Shown one piece after another: positions 1 to 5,581 of a stretch of 5,581 nucleotides of DNA. This DNA comes from Zygophlyctis sp. KS116. Its lineage: Eukaryota > Fungi > Chytridiomycota. The stretch lies in NCBI GenBank assembly GCA_054661495.1, contig BAAFSQ010000476.1, forward strand, positions 1 through 5,581, written 5' to 3'. A program made the position numbers and the translations under genes. The notes under the pieces are model-generated. The model ran no database searches. It saw only the letters and a program-made list of their open reading frames with translations, and was not told the DNA's origin. Positions within the stretch are counted from its first letter, which is position 1; each line of letters opens with the position of its first letter.

Positions 1-128
1 TAGTTAATTTTGGGACTAAGATCCAAGGTTTTTACTGAACTGAGTGTTGTCCAAGTAGATAGTGCTTGGAAAGTTGATTAGTTGAAGGAATTAGTTAAGA
101 AAAGTTTATTAGAAAGTGGAATTTAACA
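1..128 (+). repeat. 3' part of an LTR of a second family (element B), cut by the window start
   Basis: 2-128 aligns to 5355-5480 with one substitution (G76/A) and one 1-nt indel (G84). Both copies end at ...GAATTTAACA and then diverge. This copy is not followed by the TGGTAGC PBS, so it is probably a 3' or solo LTR. Confidence 0.85.
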
Positions 129-133
129 TAAAT

Positions 134-437
134 TGTCGCCGTTCTCGATGGTTCGGGTCTCGATCAGGGGGCTGGTTCAGGCTCTGGGTATGGTGAATGT
201 GCTGGTTTAAGCCAAGGCTACCTTTTCCCTTCATAAATCGACAAGGGTTTTTAATGGGCCTATCAGGTGGCGTATTTTCTTTTACCCCAGTGGTTTATCT
301 TCAATCTAGAATAAATCTCAAGTGGAAATTAGTCTAATTATCTATTTGAGTGAATTTATTATCTTTCTTGAAATCTATAAATCAAATCTATTAGTCTTAG
401 TGTTAAATCTAGGTTTATCTGTGTCTTACGGTCGACA
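134..437 (+). repeat. 5' LTR of element A
   Basis: Starts TGTCGCCGT and ends ACGGTCGACA (5-bp perfect terminal inverted repeat, 9 bp with one bulge). 303/304 identical to 4856-5159 (T410 vs C5132). Confidence 0.98.
310..315 (+). promoter_or_regulatory. Candidate polyadenylation signal AATAAA in the LTR (functional copy would be 5032-5037)
   Basis: AATAAA lies 21 nt downstream of the inferred transcript start at 289, consistent with a short R region. Confidence 0.5.
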
Positions 438-451
438 AAGTATAAACCACT
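438..451 (+). promoter_or_regulatory. Self-priming (tRNA-independent) primer-binding site of element A
   Basis: No TGG follows the LTR. ATAAACCACT (442-451) is the exact reverse complement of AGTGGTTTAT (289-298), extendable by AAG(438-440)/CTT(299-301) across a bulged T441. Confidence 0.8.
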
Positions 452-483
452 CTATAAATCTTTTCAAAGTAAACTCTTGAAAA

Positions 484-1560
484 ATGAATAACTTGGAAAA
501 TTATGGTAATGCAGGCTCTCCTGCATCCCCCTTTGCTGGATCTCGCTTGGATGATGCTGGTGATGGTGGATCTCGGCCTGCTACCCCTATGAATCAGGAC
601 TGGACTAGTCTCTTGGCTAATCTCAATCAGAGATTAATGTTTAATCTTAATGTGGCTCTGCCGGAGCGATACAATGGAAGTATTGGCCGATGCAGGGACT
701 TCTTGCTCTCTGTGCAAAATCTGTTTGCACTTCAACCTCAAAAATACTCTTTGGACGAAGTTAAAACTCGTTTTATTGGAACTCTACTCTCTCATGAAGC
801 TTTGGCCTGGTTCCGGGATATAGTGAAGAGACGATCAGAGCTCCTTACAAATTATGATCAATTTATTATGGAATTTAAAGCCTTCTTCGACGATCCAAAT
901 GCACAGCGGCATGCCGCAGATGCATTAGGACGATTGAAGCAAGGCAAAGGATCTTGTCTGGCCTTTGCTACTAAATTCAGAAGGCTGGCTTATGAGACAG
1001 GATTCAACAATGGTGCACTGGTGAACTTCTTCAGAAAGGGATTGAATGAGGATATAAAGGATCGCTTGGCCAACGCTCTCGAGGAACCCAACGATCTAGA
1101 GGAATTCATCGCCTTGTGTGTTAAGATCGACCAACGGCTCTTTGATCGCCGGGTCGAGAAAGCCGGTACTGTTAAGTATAACTTTACATCTCCTAGATTC
1201 AATCCCCGACCGCCGTCGGGACCTGTGCCGATGGAGTTGGACTCTGTTCAACCGGAAAAATTTCAGAAACTCACTCCTGAAGAAAAGAAACGGCGTTTCG
1301 AACTCAAGTTGTGCCTCTACTGTGGAAATAAGGATCACAAATTGGCTACTTGTCCCGCTAGGAATGCTAAAATGAACAAGCCAGGACTGAATATGCCTGG
1401 AGTGTCGGCATTGGGAACAATGGAACAATCTCAATCAACTCATACCTCAGAATGGATGACTTGGATGTGCCAGTCAAGGCTATGGTGGACAGTGGAGCAA
1501 CAGGGAACTTCGTATCTCAAGCCTTTGTGGACACTATGTGTCTCCCAGCTACCTGTCTGA
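484..1560 (+). CDS. gag: Gag (capsid plus CCHC nucleocapsid); meaningful frame probably ends near 1416
   Basis: Capsid-like motifs PERYNG...CRDFL, ALAWF, LKQGKGS...FRRLA, FRKGLNEDIKD; GPVPMELD; zinc knuckle CLYCGNKDHKLATC (C-X2-C-X4-H-X4-C, 1312-1353). Resembles sushi/PEG10-like Gag. Residues after ~1416 look like an out-of-frame reading of the protease. Confidence 0.93.
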   Translation: MNNLENYGNAGSPASPFAGSRLDDAGDGGSRPATPMNQDWTSLLANLNQRLMFNLNVALPERYNGSIGRCRDFLLSVQNLFALQPQKYSLDEVKTRFIGTLLSHEALAWFRDIVKRRSELLTNYDQFIMEFKAFFDDPNAQRHAADALGRLKQGKGSCLAFATKFRRLAYETGFNNGALVNFFRKGLNEDIKDRLANALEEPNDLEEFIALCVKIDQRLFDRRVEKAGTVKYNFTSPRFNPRPPSGPVPMELDSVQPEKFQKLTPEEKKRRFELKLCLYCGNKDHKLATCPARNAKMNKPGLNMPGVSALGTMEQSQSTHTSEWMTWMCQSRLWWTVEQQGTSYLKPLWTLCVSQLPV

Positions 1561-3920
1561 TGCATGAATTACCTGTTCGTTTAGCAAATGGTTTAACTGT
1601 ACCTTGTACAGAATCTCTCAGTGAGACGATTGTTGGCATAATTGGTGATAATGATGCAAGACTAGTTGAGTTAGACTTAATTGTTGTACCTGATCTAAAG
1701 TTTGATGTGGTTCTGGGTCTACCTTGGTTAGTGCAGGCTAATCCTACTATTAATTGGAGGTTGAGAGAACTTACCTTCCCCAAGGATACAGGTGATCATT
1801 TAGACAAGGAACGTGGTTCCAATTTATCTCTACAAAATCTAAATCTTAGTGTTAATGATCGTACCTTAGTTCAAGATCCAGTGAAAACTGCTATGGATAC
1901 AGGTGAAATTTTATCCAAGGAACGTGGTTCCAATGGTTATCCACTACAACTAAACGTTAGTGATAAACAAAGGGATACCTTAGAGTCTCCAAAAAGAAAC
2001 TCTGACGACTCTAATTTATCAGTTGATGTCAGCTTACCTGACTGCTTAAAAGAATTTGCATCCGTATGTGAAGAAAAAGAGACCGATGAATTACCGCCAG
2101 AAAGAAATTACGACCTGGAAATTAATCTAAAGGATAGTAAGCTTACTCCCCCGTTCCTGAAGATATACCCTCTATCGAAGTTTGAAGAAGACCACCTAAA
2201 GGATTGGGTAGAGCAAGGATTAAAGAAAGGATTCATTCGACCCAGCAACAGTCCTTTTGCCGCACCGATCTTCTTTGTCAAGAAAAAGAATGGAAAGCTT
2301 CGTCCTTGTATTGACTACCGTCAGTTAAATTCAAATACCATAAAGGATGGTCATCCTCTTCCCCTTATCTCGGATGTTCTTGCTAAGTTTAAAGATTCTA
2401 AAGTATTTAGTAGTATTGACTTACGTGGTGCCTATAACTTGGTTCGTATGAAGACTGGTCATGAATACAAAGCGTCCTTTCGATGCAAGTTTGGGCAGTT
2501 CGAGCCGACAGTAGTCCAATTTGGTCTAACTCATGCTCCAGCAGTCTTTAGTAGATTCGTTTTATCTATTTTCAGGGATTTGGTAGATATTTACCTGGAA
2601 GTATACATAGATGACATTATTGTCTATTCTAACAGCTTGAAAGAACACAATCTTCATCTGAGGGAGGTATTTAAAAGAATCAGAGACAATCAGTTAGTTG
2701 TTAGCTTGGAAAAGTGTTCGTTCTTCTCTACTGAATTAGTTTATCTTGGATATAAAATTACAACGACAGGTATATCAATGGAACAAGAAAAGGTCCGCGC
2801 GATATTGGAATTTGGTAGCCCCAGAAATGTTAGAGAAGTCAGAAGCTTTTTGGGCCTCACTAACTATTACAGGAAATTTCTGAAGAATTTTTCACTCCTT
2901 GCCCTTCCTCTTACATCTTTAACGAAGAAAGGAATCGAGTTCAAATGGTCTGAAGTGGAAGAAGAATCTTTAAATAGATTGAAACACGCGGTACGGGATG
3001 ATGTTATGCTCAAATACCCCGACTCTTCTAAGGCTTTCTACATATATGCGGACGCGTCTGACTTTGCTCTAGGTTCGGTACTAAGTCAATTGGATGACGA
3101 ACAAAATTTGCGACCTGTGGAGTTCTATTCGAGAAAATTTCTACCGGCAGAACAAAACTATACAGTGTACGATAAAGAATTGCTTGCTATAGTGGAGTCT
3201 TTTAAGGTTTGGAGGCATTTCTTGTTATACTCTCCCCACAGGATAGAAGTCAAATCTGATCACAATAATCTGAAATATTTTGCAACTGCTAGATTGTATA
3301 AGCCAAGACATGCTCGATGGGCAGAAGAACTGTCCCAATATGACTTCGTCATATCGCATGTCTCTGGTGTGAATAACTCAGTAGCTGATGCTCTCAGCAG
3401 AGCTCCAAATCTTAGTTCTTCCAGCTCCCCCCACAGTGAAATGGCTATTTTGAAAGAAGATCAATTTGTAGGAGTAGCGGCTCTTGAGATGGACGACACA
3501 GATGAAGAATTAGATGATCAGTCAGATCATGACTGGCCAGAAGATGTGGCTCAATATTTAGTTTCAGAGGAATGGAATTGTCAGGTTCACCGAAAGTCTA
3601 AATTTCAACGATTCATTCCGAAATTTACTATCTATGGGGGTAAGTTATACTACATGGATGACAATGGATGGCCAAGATTGTATGCTCCGAAGAATCAGCG
3701 CTTGTTTGCCTTGAGTAGATTTCATGATGACTTGGGTCATCTAGGTGCTGATTCGATTGAAAAGCTTGTCATTCGAAGATATTACTGGCCTGGGTTGCTA
3801 AATGATTTGAAGAAATATGTGAAAAGTTGCAGTCAGTGCCAATTAGCCAGATCAAGAGGAGGAGCTCCTAAACCCTCCATGAAACCGATTCCTCCTGTGG
3901 CGTACCCTTTGAGCGGCTAG
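1371..3920 (+). CDS. pol: Pol part 1: aspartic protease, reverse transcriptase, RNase H, integrase HHCC domain
   Basis: Frame is open from 1371 (after TAA 1368-1370), first ATG at 1452. Protease AMVDSGA (DSG 1488-1496); RT KGFIRPSNSPFAAPIFFVKKK...CIDYRQLN and YIDD (2604-2615); RNase H ADASD (D 3051), KELLA, SDH, ADALSR; IN H-X4-H-X29-C-X2-C (3723-3839). Confidence 0.97.
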   Translation, partial: NEQARTEYAWSVGIGNNGTISINSYLRMDDLDVPVKAMVDSGATGNFVSQAFVDTMCLPATCLMHELPVRLANGLTVPCTESLSETIVGIIGDNDARLVELDLIVVPDLKFDVVLGLPWLVQANPTINWRLRELTFPKDTGDHLDKERGSNLSLQNLNLSVNDRTLVQDPVKTAMDTGEILSKERGSNGYPLQLNVSDKQRDTLESPKRNSDDSNLSVDVSLPDCLKEFASVCEEKETDELPPERNYDLEINLKDSKLTPPFLKIYPLSKFEEDHLKDWVEQGLKKGFIRPSNSPFAAPIFFVKKKNGKLRPCIDYRQLNSNTIKDGHPLPLISDVLAKFKDSKVFSSIDLRGAYNLVRMKTGHEYKASFRCKFGQFEPTVVQFGLTHAPAVFSRFVLSIFRDLVDIYLEVYIDDIIVYSNSLKEHNLHLREVFKRIRDNQLVVSLEKCSFFSTELVYLGYKITTTGISMEQEKVRAILEFGSPRNVREVRSFLGLTNYYRKFLKNFSLLALPLTSLTKKGIEFKWSEVEEESLNRLKHAVRDDVMLKYPDSSKAFYIYADASDFALGSVLSQLDDEQNLRPVEFYSRKFLPAEQNYTVYDKELLAIVESFKVWRHFLLYSPHRIEVKSDHNNLKYFATARLYKPRHARWAEELSQYDFVISHVSGVNNSVADALSRAPNLSSSSSPHSEMAILKEDQFVGVAALEMDDTDEELDDQSDHDWPEDVAQYLVSEEWNCQVHRKSKFQRFIPKFTIYGGKLYYMDDNGWPRLYAPKNQRLFALSRFHDDLGHLGADSIEKLVIRRYYWPGLLNDLKKYVKSCSQCQLARSRGGAPKPSMKPIPPVAYPLSG
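1784..2005 (+). repeat. Diverged in-frame tandem duplication (~111-bp unit) in the PR-RT spacer
   Basis: GGATACAGGTGA at 1784 and 1895; CAAGGAACGTGGTTCCAAT at 1805-1823 and 1916-1934; constant 111-nt offset. The end coordinate is approximate. Confidence 0.85.
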
Positions 3921-4309
3921 GAATTGATTTTTTGTCGAATCTACCTCTTACAAAGAATGGCAATAGACATTGTATTACCTGTGTGGATTACTCTACTCGG
4001 TGGGTGTGGGCAGTAGCAGTTCCAAGAATGGATGAAAAGACAGTTATATGGTTCCTATATCATTATATAATCACTTTTGTTGGTGCTCCGTTTGAATTAT
4101 TTTCTGATAGAGGTTCGAATTTTATGTCGGCAGGGGTCACTAGCTTTTTGAATCAGCATCAGATTAAACATCTGAAGACCTCTCCGTACCATCCTGTCAC
4201 CAATGGAATGATTGAAAGAGTTCATGGCATGATAAATCATGGGATTAGTGCGTTATGTCAAACCAAAGTTAATCGTTGGGATGAATTTGTAGATCAAGTA
4301 GTTTTTGCG
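3905..4309 (+). pseudogene. pol: Pol part 2: integrase DDE catalytic core, frameshifted on both sides
   Basis: Reads PFERLGIDF from 3905 in the frame of ORF 3932-4393. D 3926, D 4106 and E 4214 give exact D-X35-E spacing; TSPYHPVTNGMIER motif present. Confidence 0.93.
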
Positions 4310-4958
4310 AAATCACTCTGTGACGAAGTATGCACCTTACTATTTGCTTTTTGGGGTACATCCAAGACTTCCAGGGGATCTAGAACCACCTGATCAGATT
4401 CGGGTTCCTCTGGAAGAAGCTGAACGACGAATTGAAATTGAAGGTTTTACTAATAGAGAGCTAGAGGAACTTGGTGTTGCTCGGGGAAGTGCCTTTATCC
4501 GGACTCAAGCTGAAAGGGAACTCATGAAAGGTATAAATACTAATAAGGAGGACTTTTATTTCAAGTTGGATGATTGGGTTAAACTTAAGAATTATCAGAA
4601 GTCTAAGTTTCAGTTCAGTTGGAAAGGACCTTTTATAATTCATGGATTTGGTTACTATCCGACTTACTGGCTTAGAGATCCGAATGGAAATATACAGAAG
4701 AGTTTGGTGAATCAAATTAATTTGGCTCCATGGACTGCCAGATTAGAAGAAAATGAATCTTACTTCCTAGAACCTTCTGATCAGGATCTGGACCCCTTGG
4801 AAGGGGAGTACAGGGATGATGACGACGATAGAACATTCCCGGAAGGAGGGGATGATGTCGCCGTTCTCGATGGTTCGGGTCTCGATCAGGGGGCTGGTTC
4901 AGGCTCTGGGTATGGTGAATGTGCTGGTTTAAGCCAAGGCTACCTTTTCCCTTCATAA
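4308..4958 (+). pseudogene. pol: Pol part 3: integrase C-terminal region with GPY/F module and acidic/Gly-Ser tail, no chromodomain
   Basis: HSVTKYAPYYLLFG matches the post-core integrase motif; KFQFSWKGPF (GPF 4626-4634); stop TAA 4956-4958 lies inside the 3' LTR. Confidence 0.9.
4841..4852 (+). promoter_or_regulatory. Polypurine tract (plus-strand primer)
   Basis: GGAAGGAGGGGA, 12 purines, separated from the 3' LTR by TGA. Confidence 0.92.
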
Positions 4959-5159
4959 ATCGACAAGGGTTTTTAATGGGCCTATCAGGTGGCGTATTTT
5001 CTTTTACCCCAGTGGTTTATCTTCAATCTAGAATAAATCTCAAGTGGAAATTAGTCTAATTATCTATTTGAGTGAATTTATTATCTTTCTTGAAATCTAT
5101 AAATCAAATCTATTAGTCTTAGTGTTAAATCCAGGTTTATCTGTGTCTTACGGTCGACA
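4856..5159 (+). repeat. 3' LTR of element A
   Basis: Direct repeat of 134-437 with one mismatch; preceded by the PPT. Confidence 0.98.
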
Positions 5160-5163
5160 CATC

Positions 5164-5480
5164 TGTTATGATCTATAATGAATCTGAAGGGCTGGATGAA
5201 AGGCTAGGTTGAAGCTTCTAGGTGTGCACTTTAAGAGTAAGGTGATTTACTGATCTAATGCTTTGCGCTTTTACTGATCAAGCTTAAAATATTTAGTGAT
5301 GACAAATGTGGCTTGGCTCTTAGTTAATTTTGGGACTAAGATCCAAGGTAATAGAGTTAATTTTGGGACTAAGATCCAAGGTTTTTACTGAACTGAGTGT
5401 TGTCCAAGTAGATAGTGCTTGGAAAGTTAATTAGTTAAGGAATTAGTTAAGAAAAGTTTATTAGAAAGTGGAATTTAACA
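5164..5480 (+). repeat. 5' LTR of element B (317 bp)
   Basis: TGTTA...TAACA terminal inverted repeat; 3' part matches 1-128; followed by a PBS-like TGGTAGC and an ORF. The left boundary rests on the TGTTA terminus only. Confidence 0.8.
5322..5382 (+). repeat. Perfect 28-bp direct repeat with a 5-bp spacer inside the B LTR
   Basis: AGTTAATTTTGGGACTAAGATCCAAGGT at 5322-5349 and 5355-5382, spacer AATAG. Confidence 0.95.
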
Positions 5481-5481
5481 T

Positions 5482-5492
5482 TGGTAGCTTGG
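5482..5492 (+). promoter_or_regulatory. tRNA primer-binding site of element B, probably initiator tRNA-Met
   Basis: TGGTAGCTTGG starts 1 nt after the LTR end. TGGTAGC is complementary to GCUACCA, the 3' end of fungal and animal tRNAi-Met (the Ty1/Ty3 PBS begins TGGTAGCG). Confidence 0.7.
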
Positions 5493-5501
5493 ATAAACAA
5501 A

Positions 5502-5581
5502 ATGGAATTTAATACAGCTGCAGATATTACTACTGAACAGAAATTTCAACAGGCTTTAGAAATAATCAGTACTCTTCAGGG
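5502..5581 (+). CDS. Probable N-terminus of element B Gag (partial, runs off the window)
   Basis: ATG in A-rich context (CAAAATGG) 21 nt after the LTR; open frame MEFNTAADITTEQKFQQALEIISTLQG. Assigned by position only. Confidence 0.55.
   Translation, partial: MEFNTAADITTEQKFQQALEIISTLQ

Larger units (their letters stand above)
134..5159 (+). mobile_element. Full-length Ty3/Gypsy (Metaviridae) LTR retrotransposon, element A, 5026 bp, frame-disrupted as sequenced
   Basis: Paired 304-bp direct repeats with TG...CA ends, a PPT before the 3' LTR, and domain order gag-PR-RT-RH-IN. Confidence 0.98.

Noticed and set aside
129-133. Target-site duplication for element A
   Set aside because: TAAAT vs CATCT match at 2 of 5 positions; 4- and 6-bp versions also fail.
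127-133. CATAAAT at the left junction also occurs in the A LTR (232-238)
   Set aside because: An AT-rich 7-mer with no mechanism I can support.
76-410. RIP signature (both LTR substitutions are in CpA/TpG context)
   Set aside because: Only two events, and the ORFs are not riddled with stop codons as heavy RIP would cause.
990-1783. Minus-strand ORFs 990-1202, 1096-1434, 1517-1783 and plus-strand ORF 1118-1375
   Set aside because: Short shadow frames over gag/pol with no recognisable motifs.
1844-1855. 12-nt match TCTTAGTGTTAA between the PR-RT spacer and the LTR (395-406)
   Set aside because: Short and AT-rich; plausible by chance.
4461-4956. Minus-strand ORFs 4461-4715 and 4717-4956
   Set aside because: Antisense to the integrase, short, with no motif support.
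4305-4958. Separate env-like or accessory third ORF, or a chromodomain
   Set aside because: It carries integrase post-core and GPF motifs, starts at a TTG beside a frame break, and shows no signal peptide, transmembrane segment or chromodomain pattern.
5322-5382. CRISPR-like repeat
   Set aside because: Only two units with a 5-bp spacer, inside a eukaryotic LTR.
5457-5462. Minus-strand orientation of element B (TTTATT reads AATAAA on the minus strand)
   Set aside because: The plus strand has a PBS and an ATG-initiated ORF after 5480, and there is no minus-strand PPT there.

Overview
The window holds one complete Ty3/Gypsy LTR retrotransposon (element A, 134-5159, + strand). It has 304-bp LTRs differing at one base, TGTCG...CGACA termini, a polypurine tract and gag-PR-RT-RNaseH-IN in gypsy order. 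The polyprotein is broken at three points (~1416, ~3905, ~4310). Element A has no tRNA primer-binding site. Instead, the sequence just after the 5' LTR is complementary to a segment inside the LTR, the signature of Tf1-type self-priming. Its integrase has no chromodomain and runs through the PPT and 33 codons into the 3' LTR. Element A has no target-site duplication. It sits head-to-tail between two LTRs of a second family (element B, TGTTA...TAACA), separated by only 5 and 4 bp. The right-hand B LTR is followed by a TGGTAGC PBS and the start of an ORF, so the window looks like part of a stacked array of two LTR families. The host is eukaryotic and possibly fungal (inference only).
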